Shown piece after piece: positions 1 through 8,697 of a DNA stretch of 60,945 nucleotides. The first letter of the stretch is position 1; each line of letters starts with the position of its first letter. This DNA is from a virus, in the IMG/VR virus record IMGVR_UViG_3300045988_098825, positions 1 through 60,945 of that record; one strand, given 5' to 3'. The translations under genes and the position numbers were made by a program. A model generated the notes under the pieces. That model searched no databases and was not told the DNA's origin. It saw only the letters and a program-made list of their open reading frames with translations.

Positions 1-24
1 AGTAGTTGAAAATCCAACAATTGA
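1..24. repeat. terminal overlap copy 1 (agtagttgaaaatccaacaattga)
   Basis: identical to 60922-60945. Confidence 0.95.
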
Positions 25-322
25 GTATATTAAAGATTTTATGGAAATGGAAGCTGATAATTTTTCATTCAGATTTTTAAGTGGACTCGAAAAGAAAGAT
101 TATCCTGTAAAAATATGGAATGATTTACAGAACGACAAAGAGATTGATATATCAACTTTTAGAATTGGTGACTTTTTTGTGTACGCCACATTCAACTATA
201 ATGGCAAACATGCAAGATTGACATTAGGAGATATGTGGCAGCAGAGAAACAATGATTACAAAGATGGGTATTCAAATATTATTATTCATCCCGATGGAAC
301 TATTGGAACTAATTGGAGATAA
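2..322 (+). CDS. radical SAM protein, C-terminal part (same ORF as 60431..60945 joined across the junction)
   Basis: The frame is open from nt 2 and is continuous with the 3'-end ORF once the overlap is collapsed (..TVQTVVENPTIEYIKDF..). Confidence 0.6.
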   Translation, partial: VVENPTIEYIKDFMEMEADNFSFRFLSGLEKKDYPVKIWNDLQNDKEIDISTFRIGDFFVYATFNYNGKHARLTLGDMWQQRNNDYKDGYSNIIIHPDGTIGTNWR

Positions 323-341
323 GGAAGCGAGGTGATTTAGA

Positions 342-617
342 ATGAAGATTTTAAGCAATAAGAAATACAACAAACTCATTGAAGATTTTGAGGAATTGCA
401 GAAAAAGGTCGAGGAACTCAAAAGGATAAACGAGAGTCTTGAGAAAAAGCTGGAAGATAAAAAGACAAGTTGCAAATTGAACAATGGTAAGGATTTCTGC
501 TTTAAATGTGAAAACTCTTACAGATACAAGACGTATTGGGGAACAACAGAAATTGAGCAGTGCGGTTGCTTGCTTAATGTGTCTTGTGAAAATTTTAAGA
601 GAAAAGAAAGCGAGTGA
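342..617 (+). CDS. hypothetical protein, coiled-coil N-terminus, Cys-rich C-terminus
   Basis: 91-aa ORF with GAGG-type RBS (gcgaggtgatttagaATG). Confidence 0.5.
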   Translation: MKILSNKKYNKLIEDFEELQKKVEELKRINESLEKKLEDKKTSCKLNNGKDFCFKCENSYRYKTYWGTTEIEQCGCLLNVSCENFKRKESE

Positions 618-643
618 TTCAGAGTGAGTAAGGAGTTGACAAA

Positions 644-1174
644 ATGGCAAGAGATAAAGGATTTGAACAGCGTATGCAGGGCATGGTCTACGCTTGCAGA
701 CTTGCCCAGGAGCAGGGTGTAGATGCACTTGTAAAGACCGTAAAACAAAGAGGTGTGACGAAAGTAGACATAACTGCATCCGATAAACAACTAGCTGATA
801 TGTGGGGCGCACTGTCTGATAATATCGATCAGAACCTGATTACTACGGCTGTATGGGTTTTACATGATGCTTTTGGATTTGGACAAAAGAGGTTACAGCA
901 GTTTATGGCAGAATTTGACAAGGCTACAGCTAATCTTATGAGACTTGACTACATGGGTGAACATTATGTGACACTGGAAGATTATGCGGTTGAGTTAAAT
1001 CAGAAGTATAACTTGGGGCTGGACGTAATCAAGGCAACACTTGCAACGGATATGGCAGATAAACAAGATGCAAGAGCCGGAAATGTGGACAAGGTAACAG
1101 GTATCATTAATGTGCTTAGACTGGTAGGACATGAAGATGCGGCGGCGTATTTGGAGAGTAAGAAAGGAGCGTGA
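644..1174 (+). CDS. hypothetical phage protein
   Basis: 176-aa ORF, AAGGAG RBS upstream, co-oriented tiling. Confidence 0.6.
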   Translation: MARDKGFEQRMQGMVYACRLAQEQGVDALVKTVKQRGVTKVDITASDKQLADMWGALSDNIDQNLITTAVWVLHDAFGFGQKRLQQFMAEFDKATANLMRLDYMGEHYVTLEDYAVELNQKYNLGLDVIKATLATDMADKQDARAGNVDKVTGIINVLRLVGHEDAAAYLESKKGA

Positions 1175-1178
1175 GTGA

Positions 1179-1595
1179 ATGACGGAGAATGAAGCAATTG
1201 AAGCAATGCAGTTTGATTTTAAAATAGGCGGTGAAATACATTCTCAGGTATTGCGTGATGCTGCTGATGTTGCAATACAGGCACTTGAAACAGTACAGAA
1301 ATACAAAGACCTTGAATCCGAACTATCTAAACGCAATCTGACAATCGACCATATTAGGGAATATATACAGTTTGAGGATGAATGCGTGGAGATGGGATTT
1401 ACTTTCGATTCCTTGCTGGAAGCAAGGGGTAAACAGATAAAAAAGAAACCAGTAGTAGAAGAAAACGAGATGTTTCACACAAAATATTATCGTTGTCCGA
1501 TTTGCGGTGGAAATTTAAAAATCTGTGATTTTCTGTTTAACTATTGTAGAATGTGCGGTCAAAAAATCGACTGGAAGGGAATTAAAAATGAGTGA
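1179..1595 (+). CDS. hypothetical protein with C-terminal zinc ribbon
   Basis: CPICGG..CRMCG pairs near the C-terminus; tightly follows the previous stop. Confidence 0.6.
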   Translation: MTENEAIEAMQFDFKIGGEIHSQVLRDAADVAIQALETVQKYKDLESELSKRNLTIDHIREYIQFEDECVEMGFTFDSLLEARGKQIKKKPVVEENEMFHTKYYRCPICGGNLKICDFLFNYCRMCGQKIDWKGIKNE

Positions 1596-1674
1596 TGCAT
1601 GGAAAGCTGTACTGACGGTGATTGTATTGATTGTGGCAATGGTGATTGAGAGCAGATGCGATAGTGAGTATTGA
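1588..1674 (+). CDS. small hydrophobic peptide (28 aa)
   Basis: MSDAWKAVLTVIVLIVAMVIESRCDSEY, one TM-like stretch; ATG overlaps the upstream stop region; below the ORF-track cutoff. Confidence 0.25.
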   Translation: MSDAWKAVLTVIVLIVAMVIESRCDSEY

Positions 1675-1705
1675 AGAATGAATAAGAATTTTGGGGAGAA
1701 TGCTC

Positions 1706-2089
1706 ATGGAGAATAACATAGTATCATTTGATATTGTTAGAATTAATCGTGCTAAAGATAAAATTTGCAAATGCAATCCAGCACATTATGAAGTAGATAC
1801 TACGAACCGGATAGTTACTTGCCAAGATTGCGGAGCTATCGTGAACGCATTTGATGCGCTTGTATCCTTGGCAGGAAGGTATGAAGAGATTGAGAAAACG
1901 CAACAACGAATGTTATCTAAGGCACAGAGTTATGCTAAGTTGGCAGACGAGGAATTTCAAAGAATGAGAAGGAATAAAGTCTTTAGGGATATGGAAAGTA
2001 AGTATCGTAATGGTTTGTTTCCAATGTGCCCCAAGTGCATGCAAGCGTTTGATCCTGTACATATACAGGGTTGGACAAGAGGGAATTAG
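1706..2089 (+). CDS. zinc-ribbon protein
   Basis: CKC..CQDCG and CPKC pairs. GGGGAG lies 7 nt before ATG 1706 (the track ORF starts at TTG 1691). Confidence 0.55.
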   Translation: MENNIVSFDIVRINRAKDKICKCNPAHYEVDTTNRIVTCQDCGAIVNAFDALVSLAGRYEEIEKTQQRMLSKAQSYAKLADEEFQRMRRNKVFRDMESKYRNGLFPMCPKCMQAFDPVHIQGWTRGN

Positions 2090-2134
2090 AGGATTCGTTA
2101 TAGAATAAGGATTTTAGGAGGAAAAAAATAAATC

Positions 2135-2287
2135 ATGGAAATGTACAGAGATGGAATTGAAATTTGTATCTTACCAAAGACCGCTAAATGTTGTGCAGAT
2201 GATGATGAACGAAGCCCACTTGATATAAACAGATGTCCAATGGGAGAAAGTTACTGTTCTGGAGATTGTGACTATTACACAGAATAA
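2135..2287 (+). CDS. small Cys-rich protein (50 aa)
   Basis: MEMYRDGIEICILPKTAKCCADDDERSPLDINRCPMGESYCSGDCDYYTE; AGGAGG upstream. Confidence 0.3.
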   Translation: MEMYRDGIEICILPKTAKCCADDDERSPLDINRCPMGESYCSGDCDYYTE

Positions 2288-2304
2288 GGATTTAGGAGGT
2301 AGAG

Positions 2305-2790
2305 ATGAGTAAACGACCGGAAATTACAAAGGAACTATCCATGTCATTGGAAAAATACATAAATCCTAAAAATGACACAAGAATTTATATGGCTAAAGAA
2401 GTCACATTTGATTATGCCACAGGACATGCAATCAGAGTGGACTATATGAAATTTAAGCCTGTTAATAACACAGTTTCCGGAATTGAAAAAGGGGATTTCT
2501 ATTGTTATGAAGTAAAATCTTCTATTGAAGACTTCAATTCAGGACACGGCTTGAACTTTATAGGCGATTACAATTATCTTGTGATGCCAGAAGAAGTTTA
2601 TACGGCGGTTTCAAATAAAATCCCTCACTTTGTAGGGGTACTTGTTCCAACAGAAAGCAGTTGGCGTAATAACTGGAGAGAATTGACAGTAATTAAGAAG
2701 GCAAAACGCAGAGACAGAGAAAAATCATTATCAGAAATGCTTTTTATGATGTTCCGTTCTGCGTCGAGAGACAGATATAAAGTATCTTAA
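2305..2790 (+). CDS. PD-(D/E)XK-type nuclease, MmcB-like
   Basis: RVDYM ... CYEVKSS (D ... E-x-K) arrangement; AGGAGG RBS. Confidence 0.5.
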   Translation: MSKRPEITKELSMSLEKYINPKNDTRIYMAKEVTFDYATGHAIRVDYMKFKPVNNTVSGIEKGDFYCYEVKSSIEDFNSGHGLNFIGDYNYLVMPEEVYTAVSNKIPHFVGVLVPTESSWRNNWRELTVIKKAKRRDREKSLSEMLFMMFRSASRDRYKVS

Positions 2791-2813
2791 ACTGAGATTT
2801 AGGAAATAATTTT

Positions 2814-2984
2814 ATGGAATCAGAAAAACAGGATATTAATTGCAAAAAGTGCGGAAAATACATTTTGACAGAGCAGAGAGGTCAGGACGGAAAAATAAGT
2901 TGCATTAAAGGCAGTTATCAAAATGGCGTTTATTATGGTATTGAGGATGCATTTTACTGTAATGAATGCGCAAAAAGCAAATAG
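2814..2984 (+). CDS. small zinc-ribbon protein (56 aa)
   Basis: CKKCG ... CNEC pairs; fills the gap between neighbouring genes. Confidence 0.4.
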   Translation: MESEKQDINCKKCGKYILTEQRGQDGKISCIKGSYQNGVYYGIEDAFYCNECAKSK

Positions 2985-3002
2985 GAGAGGAGGAAAAGAG
3001 TC

Positions 3003-3215
3003 TTGCGTTTTTCAGAGTTTACAAGACCAGAACTTGAAAGCATCACTGAAAACGCAAATTTTACAGAAGAAGAGCTGTTAGTGTTTAAAATGTTGACAAA
3101 AGGAAAGACTATTACAGAAATAGCACAAAAGACAAATGCGTGTAATCGCACAGTTAGCCGAAGAATTGAAAAAATAAAATCAAAAATAAATAGAATCGGA
3201 GGTTTGTCTATATGA
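3003..3215 (+). CDS. sigma-70 region-4 / LuxR-type HTH regulator
   Basis: TTG start after GAGGAGG; LTKGKTITEIAQKTNACNRTVSRRIEKIK helix-turn-helix. Confidence 0.55.
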   Translation: MRFSEFTRPELESITENANFTEEELLVFKMLTKGKTITEIAQKTNACNRTVSRRIEKIKSKINRIGGLSI

Positions 3216-3387
3216 CAGTTGTGCTTACACAGAATGGAAAAGAAATTAATCCAGAAGATGTAGTTTTGCCGTCAGAAGTGCTAAAGCTGATTGCAGAGTT
3301 GATTAATTGACGAAAAATTGATAATAGTGTAGAATGCGTCATGTAGTGAATATGGCGCATTCTTTTATATCTGATGGAGGAACGAGA

Positions 3388-4749
3388 ATGGAATGTGTCG
3401 CATATATGCGTGTTTCCACGGAGAAACAGGCAGAAGAGGGAAACGGATTAGACAGCCAAAGGAGAGATATTGAAAACTATTGCAGAAAAAATGAACTGGT
3501 AATTACAGATTGGTACATTGATGATGGGTATACAGGCGCAAATATGGACAGACCAGAATTGCAAAGGCTTGTATCAGACTGTGATCGTAAGCGTGTAGGC
3601 TATGTTGTTGCTTTCAAACTGGACAGAATATCACGTAGCATGGTAGACGGTATTTATCTAATTGAAAGAGTATTCCTTAAAAATAATGTGGAGTTTAAGT
3701 GTGTACATGACAGTATCAGCTATGATAATCCTATGGAGCAGGCTTATACACAGATGATGGCAGTATTCGCACAACTGGACAAGAATACAATGCTGTTGCG
3801 TATGCGTGGTGGAATGTTGGAGCGTGTCAAACAAGGCTACTGGATGGGCGGTGGAAATCTTCCATACTGCTATACATACAGCAAAGATACAGGAACACTT
3901 ATACCAATTCCAGAACGCAAGGAACAGGCAAACAAAGCAATGGATTTATTCTTGCAAGGATATTCAGACGTAAAAATCCGTGATATGTTAGGATTTAAAA
4001 GCGAATTTGTTGTGAAGCAAGTACTCACAAGCCCTGTAAACATTGGAATGATACCGTATAAGGGGAATATCTATCAGGGATTGCATGAACCTATATTTAA
4101 TAAGGAAGTGTTTGAAAAAGCCCAACAATTCAGAGCAATAAGGAAAAACAAAAGGGCAAGTTGCCATAACATCCAAACTAACTTATTGACAGGTTTATGC
4201 TATTGTGGAATCTGTGGATGCGCTATGAGGTATCAGAAATGGACGCATGGAAAGCATAAGATTTACTGTTGTTCCAGGAATAAGGACTTGCATTATCTTC
4301 CTAACCACAATCCAAATTGTAATAATACTTTGGAATGGGCTTCAGATATTGAAAAAGCTGTAGAGAACGAAATACTTTTAATATCTGCCAATATATCAGA
4401 CTATAAGCCAAGAGTAAAAGAATCTAAATTGGAAATATTGCAAGGGCAACTAGAAAAAGAGCAGACTAAGCGTAAAAGGCTATATAACCTGTATGCAGAG
4501 GGCAATGATGATGTTATCAGCATGATTAAAGAAATTGAGAAAGTAATAGAAGATATCCGTAAACAGATCAAGGAAGAATCTGCAATAGAAACAAATAAAA
4601 CTAGACAAAATGTATTTAAGAACATAAAAAATCTTGCCGACATTTGGGAAGATATCGACAAGAAACAAAAAAATATGTTACTAAAAAGTATAATTGAAAA
4701 AATCGTAATTAGCAATGGAAATATTGAGATAAAATTGAAAGATTTTTAG
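3388..4749 (+). CDS. large serine recombinase (integrase)
   Basis: Resolvase-type N-terminus with AYMRVSTEKQ catalytic-Ser motif, Cys-rich zinc ribbon (CYCGICG..YCCS) and C-terminal coiled coil. GGAGGA precedes ATG 3388. Confidence 0.92.
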   Translation: MECVAYMRVSTEKQAEEGNGLDSQRRDIENYCRKNELVITDWYIDDGYTGANMDRPELQRLVSDCDRKRVGYVVAFKLDRISRSMVDGIYLIERVFLKNNVEFKCVHDSISYDNPMEQAYTQMMAVFAQLDKNTMLLRMRGGMLERVKQGYWMGGGNLPYCYTYSKDTGTLIPIPERKEQANKAMDLFLQGYSDVKIRDMLGFKSEFVVKQVLTSPVNIGMIPYKGNIYQGLHEPIFNKEVFEKAQQFRAIRKNKRASCHNIQTNLLTGLCYCGICGCAMRYQKWTHGKHKIYCCSRNKDLHYLPNHNPNCNNTLEWASDIEKAVENEILLISANISDYKPRVKESKLEILQGQLEKEQTKRKRLYNLYAEGNDDVISMIKEIEKVIEDIRKQIKEESAIETNKTRQNVFKNIKNLADIWEDIDKKQKNMLLKSIIEKIVISNGNIEIKLKDF

Positions 4750-4780
4750 CACTACAATAATGCTATCCAATGGTATATAT

Positions 4781-4815
4781 TTACTGCTAATATAGATATA
4801 TTAATTTAGCAGTAA
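4781..4815. repeat. perfect 10-bp inverted repeat (TTACTGCTAA / TTAGCAGTAA) around a 15-bp AT spacer; candidate attP core
   Basis: Read directly; lies 32 nt after the integrase stop. Confidence 0.4.
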
Positions 4816-4877
4816 AATAGCGCCATACCTATGGCATGGGGTTAGTGCTAATGCGCATATTTACTACACTTTAGAGT

Positions 4878-4919
4878 CACTATAATGGCATTTATTTGTC
4901 ACTTATAGTGGCTTTTTTT
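4878..4919 (+). terminator. intrinsic terminator
   Basis: CACTATAA ... TTATAGTG stem followed by GCTTTTTTT. Confidence 0.55.
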
Positions 4920-4952
4920 ATTTTATGCTTATTACAAAGGGAGGAATAACCC

Positions 4953-5108
4953 ATGAATATTGAAACGGACGAAATCATAGAAAAGTTATGTGCTAGGGAA
5001 GATGTACAGGCGATACCGACAATCTACCAAGTAGCCATGACCCATGCGATACAGGAAGTATTAAAAGATGTTAATGAGAATATGCAATCAGCAGGAACAG
5101 ATTATTAA
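4953..5108 (+). CDS. small hypothetical protein (51 aa)
   Basis: GGGAGG RBS then ATG; MNIETDEIIEKLCARED... Confidence 0.3.
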   Translation: MNIETDEIIEKLCAREDVQAIPTIYQVAMTHAIQEVLKDVNENMQSAGTDY

Positions 5109-5173
5109 ATACCTATCTTATGATGATACGAACATATTATATGAGACTGAAAAGCTGAAAAAGGAGAACCAAT

Positions 5174-5659
5174 ATGCAACCGTATGTGAATCCATATTAC
5201 CTACAGCAGAACCAGCAGGTCTATCCGCAGTATTATAACCCACTGGCACAGGTGCAAAACAGATCAATAGATTATCAGCAAAATATACCAAACAATTACC
5301 AGCAGAATCAGATTGTGCAGGGAATTAACGGAAAAATAATTGCGGAGCTGAGTCAGATAACAGCAAATGATGTACCTATGGACGGTAGTGTTGCATTTTT
5401 TCCAAAGCAAGACTTGTCAGAAGTATATGCCAAGAGCTGGAATGCAGACGGTACAATCCGCACAGTTACTTATAAGCCTGTTTTGGATAACGATCCTAAG
5501 ACAGCATCCGAACCAGAAAAAATTAAGTGTGACCTATCGGAAGAATCCGCACAGAATATTATGAACAAATTTGATGAAATATCTGACAGGCTGGGGCAGT
5601 TAGAAAAATCTTTGCAATCCCAAAGAAAAACTTCACAGACGCAAAGAAAGGATGATTAA
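5174..5659 (+). CDS. protein with Q/N/Y/P-rich prion-like N-terminus
   Basis: MQPYVNPYYLQQNQQVYPQYYNPLAQVQNRSIDYQQNIPNNYQQNQ...; AAGGAG RBS. Confidence 0.55.
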   Translation: MQPYVNPYYLQQNQQVYPQYYNPLAQVQNRSIDYQQNIPNNYQQNQIVQGINGKIIAELSQITANDVPMDGSVAFFPKQDLSEVYAKSWNADGTIRTVTYKPVLDNDPKTASEPEKIKCDLSEESAQNIMNKFDEISDRLGQLEKSLQSQRKTSQTQRKDD

Positions 5660-5661
5660 GT

Positions 5662-5898
5662 ATGTTTAATCCAATGCAGTTAATGCAGATGATGAAAAGT
5701 GGAAACCCACAGCAGATGGTACAACAGCTTATGGGGAACAGCCAGTTAATGCAGAATCCAATAGCCAAGAATGCTATGCAGATGGCACAGAACGGAGACA
5801 CCAAGGGCATTGAACAGATGGCTAGGAATCTGTGCAAAGAAAAGGGATTGAATCCTGATGAAGCAATGAACCAAATTAAAAGACAGTTTCACTTATAA
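5662..5898 (+). CDS. small Met/Gln-rich protein
   Basis: MFNPMQLMQMMKSGNPQQMVQQLMGNSQLMQNP...; starts 3 nt after the upstream stop. Confidence 0.5.
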   Translation: MFNPMQLMQMMKSGNPQQMVQQLMGNSQLMQNPIAKNAMQMAQNGDTKGIEQMARNLCKEKGLNPDEAMNQIKRQFHL

Positions 5899-5946
5899 AA
5901 GCTAATTCTTGCAAGATTAGAAATAAATTTAATGGAGGTAAAAAGT

Positions 5947-6705
5947 ATGTTTTCAAACAATTGTGCATCCGTTCCATTAGTCGCGAATATTGACGGAAAC
6001 GGAAATAACAACGGATGGGGCGCAGAAGGCTCATGGTTATGGTTCATTATCGTTATCTTCGCTATCTTCGGATGGGGTGGATTCGGTAACGGATTTGGAG
6101 GAAACGGAATGAATGGCGGTGTCGGAAGCGAAATTCAGCGCGGATTTGATAATCAGGCGGTTGTGTCAAAGCTTGATAGCATTACAAACGGACTTTGTGA
6201 CGGATTTTATGCAGTGCAAAACGGCATGAATGGCATCAACACAAACATTTTGCAGACCGGATTCGGCATTCAGCAGGCTATTAACGCTGATACGGTCGCT
6301 AATATGCAGAATACCAATGCTTTGCAGGCACAGCTTGCTAACTGTTGCTGTGAAACAAGAGAAGCTATCCAAGGCGTAAACTACAACATGGCAACTAACA
6401 CTTGCGCATTGCAGAACACCATGAACAGCAACACAAGAGACATTATCGACAGTCAGAACGCAGGAACACGCGCTATTCTTGATTATCTCTGCAATGAGAA
6501 GATCTCTAGCTTACAGGCAGAAAATAGCGACCTTCGTAGAGCGGCTTCACAGGATCGTCAGAGTGCACTGCTTACAACTCAGATGGCGGCACAGACACAG
6601 CAGATTATCAATGCAGTAAATCCGTCTGCTATCCCGGCATATGTTGTACCTAACCCAAATGCTTATGCATATGGATGCGGATGCAACACAGGTTGTAACT
6701 GCTAA
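5947..6705 (+). CDS. membrane-anchored Gly/Asn/Gln-rich protein with Cys-cluster C-terminus
   Basis: TM stretch WLWFIIVIFAIFGWGGFG, then GNGFGGNGMNGG, internal CCC, and tail AYAYGCGCNTGCNC. GGAGG lies 8 nt before ATG 5947. Confidence 0.55.
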   Translation: MFSNNCASVPLVANIDGNGNNNGWGAEGSWLWFIIVIFAIFGWGGFGNGFGGNGMNGGVGSEIQRGFDNQAVVSKLDSITNGLCDGFYAVQNGMNGINTNILQTGFGIQQAINADTVANMQNTNALQAQLANCCCETREAIQGVNYNMATNTCALQNTMNSNTRDIIDSQNAGTRAILDYLCNEKISSLQAENSDLRRAASQDRQSALLTTQMAAQTQQIINAVNPSAIPAYVVPNPNAYAYGCGCNTGCNC

Positions 6706-6827
6706 AACTAAATAATTGAGTATCTTAATTGAGTTTAACTCGATCATGTCTGCTATGCAGTATTACTTATAACCAAAGGGCAGACTGTAATGTTTGCCCT
6801 TATTTTTATGAAAGAGAGGTAAAAATT

Positions 6828-7247
6828 ATGGAAATTACAGCAATTGCATTACAAACCGTTGCCGCTGGAGAAGATGTGGCATTTACAGAAACGGCAGTAA
6901 ATGGAACAAAATGTATCTTACACAGACAGGGAAGCGGAATTATCAAGCTAAGAGGTATCACTAATCAGTGTAAGGCTAGATTTTTGGTATCGTATTCCGG
7001 TAACATTCAGATTCCGACAGGTGGCACAGTTGGAGAGATTTCACTTGCAATCGCAGTTGACGGAGAGCCTTTGCAGTCAACAAAGATGATCGTAACGCCA
7101 GCCGCAGTTGAGAATTTCTTTAACGTATCAGCACAGGCATATGTTGATGTGCCTTGCGGTTGTTGCAGTACCGTAGCCGTGCAGAATACGTCCACGCAGG
7201 CTATCGAGGTGCAGAACAGTAACTTAATCGCAACAAGGGAAGCATAA
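6828..7247 (+). CDS. small all-beta protein, BclA-C-terminal/TNF-like (exosporium-type) candidate
   Basis: Alternating beta-strand pattern with ..IPTGGTVGEISLAIAVDGEPL.. and VPCGCCSTVAVQNT. Family assignment is from memory only. Confidence 0.4.
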   Translation: MEITAIALQTVAAGEDVAFTETAVNGTKCILHRQGSGIIKLRGITNQCKARFLVSYSGNIQIPTGGTVGEISLAIAVDGEPLQSTKMIVTPAAVENFFNVSAQAYVDVPCGCCSTVAVQNTSTQAIEVQNSNLIATREA

Positions 7248-7260
7248 GGGGGCGTATATT

Positions 7261-7932
7261 ATGGATATCAAGAGAATGCATGATATGATCGAAAAACTGT
7301 CTGAATGTGCAAAGTCCGAATTTGACAAAGGCATTGAGAACGTGAATACGGATGAGATGGGAAAAGTAACAGATATGCTTAAAGACCTTGCGGAAGCCAT
7401 GTATTACCGTACATTGACAAACATCATGGAAGAATCTGACGTAGAAGATGTGCTGGGAATGCTTGACCGCAGATTTTATGACGATTACCGTTATAAGACT
7501 ACTGGCAGATATGCTCCAAAAGGCAGAGGTACGTATGTAGGCAGACGTGGTTATGAAGAACCACCATATATGCATATGATGAACAGGGAAGATTTACAAG
7601 ACTGGGATTCCATGTCTGAACGTGAGCGTATGCGTGACCTTGATAGGGCATCAAGAGGACGTATGTACTATACCGAGACAGAACCCATGCACAAAGACGG
7701 TAGCATGAGAGACAGCAGAGAGGGCAGGGCTGGCATGATGCGTAAAGGCTACATGGAAACAAAGGAAATGCACAAGGGAACTACCCCGCAGGACAAAGAA
7801 GCCAATATGCACAGCTTGGAAAGCTATCTGAAAGAATTATCTGAGGATTTGACAGGGTTACTGGCAGATATGACACCAGAAGAACGGCAAATGGCAAAGA
7901 CAAAGATTACCACACTTGCGGCTAAGATGTAA
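7261..7932 (+). CDS. protein with helical ends and an R/Y/M/G/D-rich disordered centre
   Basis: ..YDDYRYKTTGRYAPKGRGTYVGRRGYEEPPYMHMMNRE..; last gene of the cluster. Confidence 0.5.
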   Translation: MDIKRMHDMIEKLSECAKSEFDKGIENVNTDEMGKVTDMLKDLAEAMYYRTLTNIMEESDVEDVLGMLDRRFYDDYRYKTTGRYAPKGRGTYVGRRGYEEPPYMHMMNREDLQDWDSMSERERMRDLDRASRGRMYYTETEPMHKDGSMRDSREGRAGMMRKGYMETKEMHKGTTPQDKEANMHSLESYLKELSEDLTGLLADMTPEERQMAKTKITTLAAKM

Positions 7933-7938
7933 GGAAAT

Positions 7939-7967
7939 AGGCTAGGGCTAATAACTCTAGCCTTTTT
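7939..7967 (+). terminator. intrinsic terminator closing the 5174-7932 cluster
   Basis: AGGCTAG ... CTAGCCT stem followed by TTTTT. Confidence 0.7.
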
Positions 7968-7982
7968 AGTTAGGAGTATGCT

Positions 7983-8333
7983 ATGTATTTTACGGTAAAC
8001 GGTCAGACATGGAAATTATTATTCGTAGGTGTAAATGATGTAGAATTACAGCGCAGTAACGGTACTATGAGCCTTGCTGTGACAGATAACAACGATAAGA
8101 CAGTGTACGTCAACAGGAATGTGCATGGAGCTATGCTAGATAAGGTATTGTGCCATGAATTATGCCATGTATTTTCCTTTGAAAATGACTTGCATATGCC
8201 GATTGAAACAGAGGAAATAGTTGCCGATTTTCTAGCCACATATGGGCGTGATGTGTTTGCTGTAGCTGATGATATTTTGAATAGATTTACATTTGTGGAT
8301 AATAATACAGTTATCCACTATAAAGCCACTTAA
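7983..8333 (+). CDS. small HExxH metallopeptidase-like protein
   Basis: CHELCHV motif; same architecture as 29935-30252. Confidence 0.5.
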   Translation: MYFTVNGQTWKLLFVGVNDVELQRSNGTMSLAVTDNNDKTVYVNRNVHGAMLDKVLCHELCHVFSFENDLHMPIETEEIVADFLATYGRDVFAVADDILNRFTFVDNNTVIHYKAT

Positions 8334-8426
8334 ATGTGCCAAAATATGCACATAAAAGGACACCTGTACGCCTAGAGCAATTGTATTATTTATTGTATAA
8401 TACAGATATGGAAAGGCGGTGATAAC

Positions 8427-8585
8427 ATGAAGAAAATCGGAGCTGGAGAAATTACAGTAACAAGTTTCAGAACTGATGAGGAAACAAGAAACATTATTAA
8501 CAGCTACTGTAAAAAACACAATATGCAAAAAGGAGCAGTAATCAGAAAAGCATTAAGATTTCTGGCAGAAAATGAAAAAGAGTAA
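8427..8585 (+). CDS. ribbon-helix-helix (CopG/Arc-like) protein, 52 aa
   Basis: ITVTSFRTDEETRNIINSYCKKHNMQKGAVIRKALRFL pattern. Confidence 0.5.
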   Translation: MKKIGAGEITVTSFRTDEETRNIINSYCKKHNMQKGAVIRKALRFLAENEKE

Positions 8586-8697
8586 TCGGCTTGATTGACA
8601 GTCGGATCGATTACTCTTAACCAAACCCAAAAGGGATTTGTTATTTGTATTGTATCATTTCTTTTTTGGGTTTTCAACTAAATAAGGAGAAAACAGT

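Noticed and set aside
1-24. 24-nt terminal direct repeat as a physical phage end (DTR or cos)
   Set aside because: It lies inside a continuous ORF and is very short. An assembly overlap of a circular or permuted genome explains it better.
6729-6827. Long N-terminal extension of the 6828 gene (track start 6729)
   Set aside because: The extension overlaps the upstream gene's end and has no RBS. ATG 6828 follows AGAGAGG at good spacing.
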